DNA of 64,000 nucleotides, taken from Alphaproteobacteria bacterium. Its GTDB lineage: Bacteria; Pseudomonadota; Alphaproteobacteria; UBA828. The stretch covers positions 256,001-320,000 of the forward strand of contig CBDCCI010000001.1 in NCBI GenBank assembly GCA_965214705.1. The letters run 5' to 3'. How positions within the stretch are numbered: position 1 is the first letter of the stretch; each line of letters begins with the position of its first letter. The position numbers and the translations under genes were made by a program. This document shows positions 38,954 through 47,458 of this stretch, piece after piece. The notes below the pieces were generated by a model. The model was given only the letters and a program-made list of their open reading frames with translations. It did no database searches and was not told where the DNA came from.

Positions 38954-39898
38954 GTGAGCCATGAGAGAAGCACCGAATTCACCGCCGCGTACCCGAAAAT
39001 GAGCGATCAACGGACCGAATCGAGCGTCGTTCCCGGACGCGGGCGGGTGCTCCTGGGCTCGGCGCTCGTGGCTGCCGCAGGCTTGATGTTCGCCCTCGCC
39101 GGCATGGCCATCAAGATGGCGGGGGAGAGTCTTTCCAGCTTCGAGGTGCTGTTCTGGCGCAACGTGCTGAGCCTTGCGATCCTCGTGCCCTGGGTCATCC
39201 GGCACTGGCCCCGGTCGATGCACCCGGCGCATCGCGGGCTCATGGCGATGCGTGGGATCGCCTTGGTGGCGGCGCTGCTCTGCTACTACCACGCAGTCAG
39301 CGTGCTCCCGCTGGCCGAGGCGGTGCTGCTCAACTTCAGCTCGCCCATCTTCGTGCCGCTCCTGGGGTTCCTTCTGTTCCGATTCGCGCTCGACGGCCGG
39401 GTGCTGGCGGCGGTGCTGATCGGCTTCGCGGGCGTCGCCCTCATCCTCAAGCCAGGGACAGAGTTCTTCCAGTATGCGGCCTTGATCGGGCTGGTCTCCG
39501 GCATGCTCGGCGGGCTCTCTGCCGTCGCGATCTGGCGCATGCCGGCCGACGAGGACCCGTTCCGCATCGCCGTCTACTTTGCGCTCATCGGCATCCTGGT
39601 GACGCTTGCGCCGGTGCTGATGAACCCGACCGTGCCACCGGCCGAGGCCTGGCCCGGCCTGATCATGCTCGGCGTGTTCTCGACCGCCGCCCACGTCCTC
39701 TTCGCGAAAGGCTGCCTGATCGCGCCGACCGACCGGGTCGGCACCTTCATCTACACGGCGGTGGTGTTCGCCGCCGTCTTCGGCTGGCTCTTCTGGGGCG
39801 AGGGCGTGGACTGGCTCATGGCTGGCGGCGCGGTGCTGATCGTTGTCGCCGGCGTGCTCGCCATCCGCGCCGGCAAGCCAAGCCGCAAGCGCGCCTAG
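38954..39898 (+). CDS. DMT/EamA family transporter
   Basis: About 10 TMs, LPLAEAVLLNF.SP.F, IGFAGV.LILKPG; start may be ATG 38999. Confidence 0.85.
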   Translation: MSHERSTEFTAAYPKMSDQRTESSVVPGRGRVLLGSALVAAAGLMFALAGMAIKMAGESLSSFEVLFWRNVLSLAILVPWVIRHWPRSMHPAHRGLMAMRGIALVAALLCYYHAVSVLPLAEAVLLNFSSPIFVPLLGFLLFRFALDGRVLAAVLIGFAGVALILKPGTEFFQYAALIGLVSGMLGGLSAVAIWRMPADEDPFRIAVYFALIGILVTLAPVLMNPTVPPAEAWPGLIMLGVFSTAAHVLFAKGCLIAPTDRVGTFIYTAVVFAAVFGWLFWGEGVDWLMAGGAVLIVVAGVLAIRAGKPSRKRA

Positions 39899-40632
39899 AT
39901 CATGGCCATGCCGCCGTTGACGTGGAGCGTCTGCCCGGTAACGTAGCGGGCCTCCTCGCTGGCGAGGTAGACACAGGCGGCGGCGACGTCGCTCCCCTCG
40001 CCGAAGCGTCCGGCGGGGATCGTGCCGAGCAGGGCCTCTTTCTGAGCGTCAGCCAGGGCGTCGGTCATCGCCGTCTCGATGAATCCTGGCGCGACGCAGT
40101 TGGCGGTGACGCCCCGCGCGGCTGTCTCGGCGGCAAGCGCCTTCACCATGCCGGCGAGGCCGGCCTTGGACGCAGCATAGTTCGCCTGCCCGGCGTTACC
40201 GGTGGTCCCCACCACCGAGGTGATGAAGATCAGCCGCCCCCAGCGCTGGCGGATCATGGCGCGCAGACAGGCGCGGGCCAGCACGAAACCGGCGCTGAGA
40301 TTGACCTCCAGAACCTCTTGCCAGTCCTCGTCCTTCATGCGGAGCGCGAGCCCGTCGCGGGTGATGCCGCCGCAATGCACCAGGATGGCGGGGGCACCCA
40401 GCGCTTCCGCCGCCCGCTCGGGCAGCGCCGCGAGAGCGTCCCGATCGGCCAAGTCGCAGGGCACCGCTTGCGCGCCCTCGCCGAGCTTTGCAGCGAGCGC
40501 CTCCAGCGCCTCCGCGCGACGGCCGGAGAGCGCCACTGATGCCCCCTGGCGGTGCAGGGCCTCGGCGATGGCGCTGCCGATGCCGCCCGATGCGCCCGTG
40601 ACCAGCGCCACCTTACCCGACAGATCGAACAT
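39895..40632 (-). CDS. fabG: 3-oxoacyl-ACP reductase
   Basis: TGASGGIG, GITRD, NYAASKAG, LHVNGGM. Confidence 0.95.
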   Translation of the reverse strand: MFDLSGKVALVTGASGGIGSAIAEALHRQGASVALSGRRAEALEALAAKLGEGAQAVPCDLADRDALAALPERAAEALGAPAILVHCGGITRDGLALRMKDEDWQEVLEVNLSAGFVLARACLRAMIRQRWGRLIFITSVVGTTGNAGQANYAASKAGLAGMVKALAAETAARGVTANCVAPGFIETAMTDALADAQKEALLGTIPAGRFGEGSDVAAACVYLASEEARYVTGQTLHVNGGMAMI

Positions 40633-40664
40633 CCCGTGCCGCTCCCTGCTGCTGCCTGCTGCGC

Positions 40665-41609
40665 TTATGCCGCCCGCCCCAAGAGGGCATCGACGTCAGC
40701 CGCCGTGCCGACCGCGCTCGCGCTCAGGCTCCGGTCGATGCGGCGCGCGAGCCCGGTGAGCACCTTGCCGGCGCCGACCTCGATCAGCGTGCCCACCCCT
40801 TCGCTCGCCATAAGAAGCACGCTCTCACGCCAGCGCACCATCGCCGTCACCTGGCGCACCAGCAGCGCCGGCACCTCGGAGGCCTCGTGGACCGGTCGCG
40901 CGGTCACGTTGGAGACCAGCGGGATGGCCAGCGGACTAAAGGAGACGGTCTCGAACGCCGCCGCCATGGTCTCGGCCGCGGGGCTGAGCAGCGGCGAGTG
41001 GAAGGGCGCGCTCACCGGCAGCATCACAGCGCGCTTGACGCCGTGCTCCGGCGCGAGCGCCACCGCGCGCTCCACCGCTGACGCGGCACCGCTCACCACG
41101 ACCTGGCCGGGCGCGTTGTCGTTGCCGATGACGCAGACCTCGCCCTCGGCCGCCGCCTGGGCGATCGCCTCGGCTTGCGCGAGATCGGCGCCAAGCAACG
41201 CGGCCATGGCGCCTGAACCCACCGGCACCGCCTGTTGCATGGCCTCGCCCCGCAGGCGCAACAGGCGCGCCGCATCACCCAGCGCCAGGCAGCCCGCGGC
41301 GGCGAGCGCGGTGTATTCGCCCAGCGAATGGCCCGCGACGAAGGCAGCGCGCTCTGACAGCCGCCAGCCGCCTTCGTCCTCGAGTGCGCGAATGACCGCG
41401 ACCGAGACCGCCATGAGCGCGGGTTGCGCGTTCCGGGTGAGAGTGAGCTCGCTCTCCTCGCCCTCGAAGATGAGCCGTGAGAGAGGCTCGCCAAGCGCCT
41501 CATCCACCTCCTGAAACACGGCGCGGGCGGCCGGGAAGGCATCGTGCAGGTCCCGGCCCATGCTGACCTGCTGGGAGCCCTGTCCGGGAAAGATGATGGC
41601 CGTCGTCAT
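40665..41609 (-). CDS. fabD: Malonyl-CoA-ACP transacylase
   Basis: FPGQGSQ, AGHSLGEY, VSAPFHS. Confidence 0.96.
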   Translation of the reverse strand: MTTAIIFPGQGSQQVSMGRDLHDAFPAARAVFQEVDEALGEPLSRLIFEGEESELTLTRNAQPALMAVSVAVIRALEDEGGWRLSERAAFVAGHSLGEYTALAAAGCLALGDAARLLRLRGEAMQQAVPVGSGAMAALLGADLAQAEAIAQAAAEGEVCVIGNDNAPGQVVVSGAASAVERAVALAPEHGVKRAVMLPVSAPFHSPLLSPAAETMAAAFETVSFSPLAIPLVSNVTARPVHEASEVPALLVRQVTAMVRWRESVLLMASEGVGTLIEVGAGKVLTGLARRIDRSLSASAVGTAADVDALLGRAA

Positions 41610-41815
41610 GTGGGAGACTCTCGCGCTTTCGCGACCCCAACGCGCGCGCCGCTACTGACCACGCAGCCCCAGACCTGTCAAGCGAGCGGCTACTGCCCCG
41701 CTTGCGATGCAAGAATGATGATGTATAGTCCGCCGCCTGGGTCTGCCGCCTTGCCTTGGAGCGGGGCGGGCGGCCTGTTACGCGCCGCGACCGACATTCA
41801 GGAGAACAGCGCCGC

Positions 41816-42409
41816 ATGCCGCTCTACGAGAGCACCTTTATCGCGCGTCCCGACATCTCGTCCCAGCAGGTGGACGGCCTTGCCGAGCAGTTTCGCGAGA
41901 TTCTGACGGAGGCCGGCGGCGAGATCGCCAAGACCGAGTATTGGGGCCTGCGCAGCCTTGCGTACCGCATCAAGAAAAACCGCAAGGGCCACTATTACTT
42001 CATGAACATCGATGCGCCGCCGGAAGCGATTTCCGCGATGGAGCACACGATGCGCATCAACGAGGACGTCATCCGCTACCTGACTGTGCGGGTCGACGAG
42101 CACGACCCCAACCCGGCGCCGCTCACCCAGTCGCGCGGACGCGGACGCGATGGCCGCGGTGGACGTGGCGGCCGGTGGGAGGGCCGCCGCCGGGACGACG
42201 ACGGCGAAGGCCGGCGCCGCGAGGGCGACGGCGAAGGTCGGCGCCGCGAGGGCGATGGCGACCGTGGTGAGCGCCCTGCGCGCGAGGACGCTGCGCCTGC
42301 TGCCGATGCAAGCGCCAAGGAGGCCGCGAGCGAGACCCCTGTGAGCGAGGCGCCGAGCAGCGGCGAGAGCACGGCGGACAGCGGCGCCGAGGAGAAGAGC
42401 GATGGCTGA
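41816..42409 (+). CDS. rpsF: 30S ribosomal protein S6 with long C-terminal tail
   Basis: [30 protein letters not shown]; RBS AGGAG. Confidence 0.96.
   Translation: MPLYESTFIARPDISSQQVDGLAEQFREILTEAGGEIAKTEYWGLRSLAYRIKKNRKGHYYFMNIDAPPEAISAMEHTMRINEDVIRYLTVRVDEHDPNPAPLTQSRGRGRDGRGGRGGRWEGRRRDDDGEGRRREGDGEGRRREGDGDRGERPAREDAAPAADASAKEAASETPVSEAPSSGESTADSGAEEKSDG
42182..42262 (+). repeat. Imperfect 27-bp tandem repeat (x3) in rpsF tail
   Basis: Encodes [27 protein letters not shown]. Confidence 0.8.
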
Positions 42410-42788
42410 AGGCGAACGGACCGAGGGCAGCGCGCCTCCCGCCGGTGCAAGCCGACCGGCACCAGCCGGCGACGGCCGCAGGCAGCATCCCTTCGGCGGA
42501 CCGCGCCACGGCGGCGGGCCGGGCGGCGGCCGCGGCGGCGGAGGCGTGCCGATGGTCTCGTTCCCGAGACGGCCGTTCTTCCGCCGCAAGAAGTCGTGCC
42601 CCTTCAGCGGAACCAACGCGCCCAAGATCGACTATCGGGACGTGAAGCTGCTGCAGCGCTTCCTCTCCGAGCGGGGCAAGATCGTGCCGAGCCGCATCAC
42701 CGCGGTCTCGGCCAAGAAGCAGCGGGAGCTCGCACGGGCGATCAAGCGCGCACGCCATCTGGCGCTGCTGCCCTACGTCATCAAGTAG
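42402..42788 (+). CDS. rpsR: 30S ribosomal protein S18 with N-terminal extension
   Basis: [37 protein letters not shown]. Confidence 0.96.
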   Translation: MAEGERTEGSAPPAGASRPAPAGDGRRQHPFGGPRHGGGPGGGRGGGGVPMVSFPRRPFFRRKKSCPFSGTNAPKIDYRDVKLLQRFLSERGKIVPSRITAVSAKKQRELARAIKRARHLALLPYVIK

Positions 42789-42857
42789 ATAGACAAACGG
42801 TCTTCGCCCGGCACCGGTACGGCGGGGCGGGCGATCCGCCAAGCGGGGAACAGGGGC

Positions 42858-43547
42858 ATGGAAGTCATCTTGCTCGAGAGGATCGAGAAGCTCGGCGGGA
42901 TGGGCGATATCGTCGGGGTGAAGGACGGCTATGCCCGCAACTTCTTGCTCCCCCGCAAGAAGGCTCTTCGGGCCACGCCCGAGAACATGCAGCGCTTCGA
43001 GCGGGAGCGCGAGGCGCTGGAGCAGCTCAACAGCGACCGCCGCGATGCCGCCGGCTCGGCCGCGGTCCGGCTCGAGGGCGAGAGCATCATCCTCATCCGC
43101 CAGGCGAGCGACACGCTGCAACTCTACGGCTCCGTCAGCGCGCGTGACATCGCCGAGGCGATGGCCGAGCGCGGCGCCGAGGTCCGGCGCCAGCAGGTGC
43201 GTCTGGACCGCCCGATCAAGGCGCTCGGCGTCCACGACGTGCGGATCGCGCTCCACCCGGAGGTGACGGTGACGGTCAAGGTCAACGTCGCCCGCTCGCC
43301 CGAGGAGGCTGAGATTCAGGCCCGCGGCGGCACGATCCTCGATGAGGCGGAGGACGAGGCAGACGAAGCCGCAGAGGGCGAGGCCACGGACGCGGACGCG
43401 CCGGCAGACGACGCACCCGATACGGCGGATGCCGGCGAGGCAACAGAGCCATCCGAAGCCGCTGGTGAATCAACCGAATCAGCCGAAAGTGCCGGCAACG
43501 CGGACAGTCCCTCAGACGAAGACACGGCCGACGCCCAAGCCGAATAA
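42858..43547 (+). CDS. rplI: 50S ribosomal protein L9 with acidic tail
   Basis: MEVILLERIEKLG, VKDGYARNFLLP, LYGSVS.RDI. Confidence 0.96.
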   Translation: MEVILLERIEKLGGMGDIVGVKDGYARNFLLPRKKALRATPENMQRFEREREALEQLNSDRRDAAGSAAVRLEGESIILIRQASDTLQLYGSVSARDIAEAMAERGAEVRRQQVRLDRPIKALGVHDVRIALHPEVTVTVKVNVARSPEEAEIQARGGTILDEAEDEADEAAEGEATDADAPADDAPDTADAGEATEPSEAAGESTESAESAGNADSPSDEDTADAQAE

Positions 43548-43562
43548 TCGAGGCCCCGTGCC

Positions 43563-44777
43563 ATGCTGGTTGCGCCCCTGCTCAGGACGTTGATGAGGCG
43601 GGGCACGCTCCGCGTCATCGATGCGCGGGGCAAGCTCCACACCTTTGCAGGCGAGCCGGGGGACACGGTCACCATCCGGCTGCACGACCGCTCGCTCCAC
43701 TGGAAGCTCCTGTTGAACCCGCGCCTCGTCGTCGGCGAAGCCTACATGGACGGCACGCTGACGATGGAGGATGACGCGACCATCCGTGATTTCCTTCACC
43801 TGGTCGGCGCGAACCTCCACCTGCTCGACGAGAACTCGGTCATCAAGGTGCGCAATTGGCTCGCCCAATGGGTGCGCCCGCTGCAGCAGCACAACCCCGT
43901 CGGCCGCGCCCGGCAGAACGTGTCCCATCACTACGATCTCTCGGACGACCTCTACGACCTCTTCCTCGATCCGGACCGCCAGTATTCCTGCGCCTACTTC
44001 GATACACCCAATCACTCGCTCGAGCAGGCCCAGCACGCCAAGAAGCGCCATCTCGCGTCGAAGCTGCTGCTCGACCGGCCGGGCCTCAGCGTGCTGGACA
44101 TCGGCTCGGGCTGGGGCGGGCTCGGCATCTACTTGCACGAGAAGACCGGCGCCAACGTGACGGGGCTGACCCTGTCCAAAGAGCAGCAGGCCTACGCCGC
44201 GGAGCGCGCACAGAAGCTCGGCATCCAGGATCACGTGGCCTTTCACCTGCGCGACTACCGCGAGGACACTAGCACTTACGACCGGATCGTCTCGGTCGGC
44301 ATGTTTGAGCACGTGGGCGTCAAGCACTACGTCGAGTTCTTCCGCAAGGTAGAGCGCCTGCTCAAGGAGGATGGAGTCGCGCTGCTTCACACCATCGCCC
44401 GCTGGGACGGGCCAAGCGTCACCAACCCGTGGCTGCGCAAGTACATCTTCCCCGGCGGTTATTGCCCCTCGCTCTCCGAAGTCTTCGCCGCGCTGGAGCA
44501 GACCGGCCTGAAATCCCTGGACGTGGAGATGCTGCGCCTGCACTACGCCGATACGCTCAAGCACTGGTCGCGCAACTTCCGGGCGAACCGGGACCGGGTG
44601 AAGACGGTCTACGACGAGCGCTTCTGCCGAATGTGGGAGTTCTACCTCGCGGGTTCGGAGGCCGCCTTTCGCCATCAAGACCACATGGTGGCCCAGATCC
44701 AGCTCGCCCGGCGCCAGGATGCGGCGCCTCTGACCCGCGATTACATGGTGGATTGGGAGCGCGCCCACGCCGCTTGA
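43563..44777 (+). CDS. cfa: Cyclopropane-fatty-acyl-phospholipid synthase family methyltransferase
   Basis: HHYDLS, YSCAYF, LDIGSGWGG, SVGMFEHVG, KYIFPGG, RMWEFYL. Confidence 0.92.
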   Translation: MLVAPLLRTLMRRGTLRVIDARGKLHTFAGEPGDTVTIRLHDRSLHWKLLLNPRLVVGEAYMDGTLTMEDDATIRDFLHLVGANLHLLDENSVIKVRNWLAQWVRPLQQHNPVGRARQNVSHHYDLSDDLYDLFLDPDRQYSCAYFDTPNHSLEQAQHAKKRHLASKLLLDRPGLSVLDIGSGWGGLGIYLHEKTGANVTGLTLSKEQQAYAAERAQKLGIQDHVAFHLRDYREDTSTYDRIVSVGMFEHVGVKHYVEFFRKVERLLKEDGVALLHTIARWDGPSVTNPWLRKYIFPGGYCPSLSEVFAALEQTGLKSLDVEMLRLHYADTLKHWSRNFRANRDRVKTVYDERFCRMWEFYLAGSEAAFRHQDHMVAQIQLARRQDAAPLTRDYMVDWERAHAA

Positions 44778-44810
44778 GTAGGCGAGGCTCCGCGGGCCGG
44801 TTTCGATCCG

Positions 44811-44921
44811 TTTTCCACAGTGTTGTTCACAGCCCAATAGTCAGGACGGGCCGAGGTCGAGCGGGTTTTGCTCGTAACTAGCGGCCTGTGGATAAGGAAA
44901 GCGTGTAAAGAAATTTCCACG
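44811..44921. promoter_or_regulatory. DnaA-box cluster upstream of dnaB
   Basis: TTTTCCACA (44811), TTGTTCACA (44823), TGTGGATAA (44887, perfect reverse box), ATTTCCACG (44913). Confidence 0.7.
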
Positions 44922-44987
44922 ATATCCTCAATTGTCACAGGCAGAGCTGCGTAGAGCCGCCGGCCACGCACATGTCATAGTGCCGTC

Positions 44988-46487
44988 ATGGCCACCCGAG
45001 TCCCGCTCCAAGAGGCGTCGGCAGAGACGCCAAGCTATCGCTCTCCACCCAGCAACCTCGAAGCCGAGCAGGCGCTGCTCGGCGCGCTTCTAGTCAACAA
45101 CGAGGCCGCCAGCCTGGTCAGCGCTTTTCTGTTGCCGGAGCACTTCTTCCTGCCGGTGCATGGCCGCATCTACGACGCCGTGCTCCGCATGGTCGAGCGC
45201 GGGCAGATCGCCAACCCCGTGACTCTCAAGCACTATTTCGAGCGCGACGAGGCGCTGGAGGAGGCCGGCGGCGGTCAGTATCTGGCCCGGCTTGCCGGCT
45301 CCGCTGTGACGGTGATCAACGCCGAGCACTACGGCCGGGCAATCCACGACTTGGCGCTGCGCCGCTCCCTCGTCAGCATCGGCGAAGAGGTGGTGAACGA
45401 CGCCTATGACGGGCCGCTCGACCAGCCGGCGGCAGAGCAGATCGAAACGGCCGAGCACAGCCTCTACCAACTTGCCGAGGAGGGCCGCGTCGATCCCGGC
45501 GGGCAGCAGTTCGCCGCGCCGCTGACCAGCGCCGTCGAGATGATCAAGCAGGCCTATCAGCGCGACAGTCGGCTCACCGGCGCGCCGACCGGCTTCAACG
45601 ACCTAGACCGAAAGCTCGGCGGACTGCACCCATCAGACCTGATCATCTTGGCCGGCCGCCCCGGCATGGGGAAGACGGCGCTCGCCACCAATATCGCCTT
45701 CAACGCCGCGTCGCGCTACAGCGAGGGCGGCGAGGGGTCGGAGGGCAGACAGCCAGCCGACGGCGCCAGGGTCGCGCTCTTCTCACTGGAAATGTCGGCC
45801 GAGCAACTTGCGACACGGATCCTCGCCGAACAGACAGGAATTTCGTCCGACAAGCTCCGGCGCGGCGAGGTGCGGGACAGCGATTTTGGCAGGATCGTCC
45901 GGGCGAGCCAGGAGATGGAGGGGCTGCCGCTCTTCATCGACGACTCGCCAGCGCTCACCATCGCGGGCCTTCGTGCCCGCGCCCGCCGCCTCAAGCGCCG
46001 CCACGGCATCTCGCTGATCGTCGTCGACTATCTACAGCTCATGCGCCCGACCACCAGCATGCGGCTCAACAACCGCGTGCAGGAAGTCTCGGAGATCACC
46101 CAGGGCCTCAAGGCGCTGGCCAAGGACCTGAACCTGCCGGTGCTGGCGCTGTCGCAACTCAGCCGTGCGGTGGAGCAGCGTGACGACAAGCGGCCGCAGC
46201 TTGCGGACCTGCGCGAGTCGGGCTCGATCGAACAGGACGCGGACGTGGTGATGTTTATTTACCGCGAGCAGTACTATATCGAGCGCAAGGAACCATCTGT
46301 GGAGAATGCTGCCGATCATGCCGAGTGGAAAGAAAAAATGGAGAAAGTCCACAACAAGGCCGAAATCAACATAGCCAAGCAGCGTCACGGGCCGATCAGC
46401 AAGGTGGAGCTCTATTTCAACGCGTTGCTGACCAAGTTCGACAATCTCGACAGGAGCCATGCGTCGGGCGACGACCCCCCGTTTTAG
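44988..46487 (+). CDS. dnaB: Replicative DNA helicase
   Basis: NLEAEQALLG, AGRPGMGKT, VDYLQL, LSQLSR, DLRESGSIEQDAD. Confidence 0.97.
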   Translation: MATRVPLQEASAETPSYRSPPSNLEAEQALLGALLVNNEAASLVSAFLLPEHFFLPVHGRIYDAVLRMVERGQIANPVTLKHYFERDEALEEAGGGQYLARLAGSAVTVINAEHYGRAIHDLALRRSLVSIGEEVVNDAYDGPLDQPAAEQIETAEHSLYQLAEEGRVDPGGQQFAAPLTSAVEMIKQAYQRDSRLTGAPTGFNDLDRKLGGLHPSDLIILAGRPGMGKTALATNIAFNAASRYSEGGEGSEGRQPADGARVALFSLEMSAEQLATRILAEQTGISSDKLRRGEVRDSDFGRIVRASQEMEGLPLFIDDSPALTIAGLRARARRLKRRHGISLIVVDYLQLMRPTTSMRLNNRVQEVSEITQGLKALAKDLNLPVLALSQLSRAVEQRDDKRPQLADLRESGSIEQDADVVMFIYREQYYIERKEPSVENAADHAEWKEKMEKVHNKAEINIAKQRHGPISKVELYFNALLTKFDNLDRSHASGDDPPF

Positions 46488-46489
46488 TT

Positions 46490-46682
46490 GGCTCAATTCG
46501 TGATCCGTAGGCATGGCCCAAACATCGCGCTGTGGCAGCCGGAATTCAGCCGATTAGTGCGAGGACGCGGTTGAATTCTCTCGCGAGAGGCCGTCTTTGG
46601 CTTCAATTTGCCGACCAGATGCCTCGAGAGGCGCGTGCCCGCGAGCACTGGCAGCCCATGCCTACGGATCACGAATTGAGCC
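46490..46682. mobile_element. MITE (193 bp) with 27-bp perfect TIRs and 8-bp TSD
   Basis: GGCTCAATTCGTGATCCGTAGGCATGG at 46490-46516 and its reverse complement at 46656-46682; TTTTAGTT on both sides (46482-46489, 46683-46690). Confidence 0.92.
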
Positions 46683-46715
46683 TTTTAGTTCCCTGTCCGA
46701 GACGTATTCGGGCGT

Positions 46716-47216
46716 TTATGCGGCGGCGATCACCGCTCGTTTGGGAGGACGGGCCGGAACCCGCCCGCCCAGCACATCCAGCAACACCTCAACCCTCTCG
46801 CGCGGCGCGAGCCGCAGGACGACCGCCGCGCACTCCACGAAGGGGCCGATCGCGATGGTGACGGCATCTCCCGGCTTCAAATCGGGCGGCGCGGGCGTGC
46901 TCACGCCGTCGGCCCCGGTCGCCTCCCTCAGTGCCGTGACGAATTCTTCGGGCAGCGCCCGAGGGCGCGGGCCGTCGGCGAGAAGCCGCTTTACTCCGAA
47001 GGTGCCGTTGATGGCGCGCCAGGGCTCGCGCCCGATATCGAATTCCACGAACAGGTAGCCCGGGAAGAGCGGCGCGTACCCGCTCTCGAAGCGCTTTGCG
47101 CGGCGCCGGGAGCGTTCCATCACCGGCAGCCATACCCGATACCCCTGGCGCACCAGGTTTACCTCGGCGCGCTGCTCCTGATGGGGCCGCGTGTGGACCA
47201 CGTACCACTTACTCAT
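46716..47216 (-). CDS. RfaH-like NusG-paralog transcription antiterminator
   Basis: WYVVHTRP..E..A..NL.RQG, PLFPGYLFV, WRAINGTFGV, KOW motif LKPGD.V.I..GPF; RBS GGAGG. Confidence 0.88.
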   Translation of the reverse strand: MSKWYVVHTRPHQEQRAEVNLVRQGYRVWLPVMERSRRRAKRFESGYAPLFPGYLFVEFDIGREPWRAINGTFGVKRLLADGPRPRALPEEFVTALREATGADGVSTPAPPDLKPGDAVTIAIGPFVECAAVVLRLAPRERVEVLLDVLGGRVPARPPKRAVIAAA

Positions 47217-47294
47217 CGCTAACCTCCGACCGACTGCAACTGAGGCGCCGGAACTTTGCTGAACCAGAACCACTCCCAGCCATCATACCTCATT

Positions 47295-47335
47295 TAGAAC
47301 AAATAAGGTATATAAATAGAACAAATACTGTATAT
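47295..47335. promoter_or_regulatory. Tandem operator-like direct repeat (LexA-like GAAC-N7-GTAT x2)
   Basis: TAGAACAAATAAGGTATAT and TAGAACAAATACTGTATAT at a 22-bp period in an AT-rich patch. Confidence 0.6.
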
Positions 47336-47458
47336 GAGGCGGTGATGGCAGCCGGTGCTGTGCCACCGATACAGATATGGGGTGCGACAAGGATGGCCGC
47401 GAGAGCCCCGCTCCACTAACATCCCCGCTCGCATGAACTCGAGCCCGCCGGAGAGACG

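Noticed and set aside
42182-42262. 27-bp repeats as a CRISPR-like array
   Set aside because: No spacers, in frame within rpsF, and no cas genes; no CRISPR array was seen in the window
46532-46861. 109-aa ORF starting inside the MITE
   Set aside because: No transposase features; runs out through the TIR and antisense into the RfaH-like gene
47358-47374. E. coli-type SOS box CTGT...ACAG
   Set aside because: Spacer is 9 nt rather than 8, and this box type is not the alphaproteobacterial one
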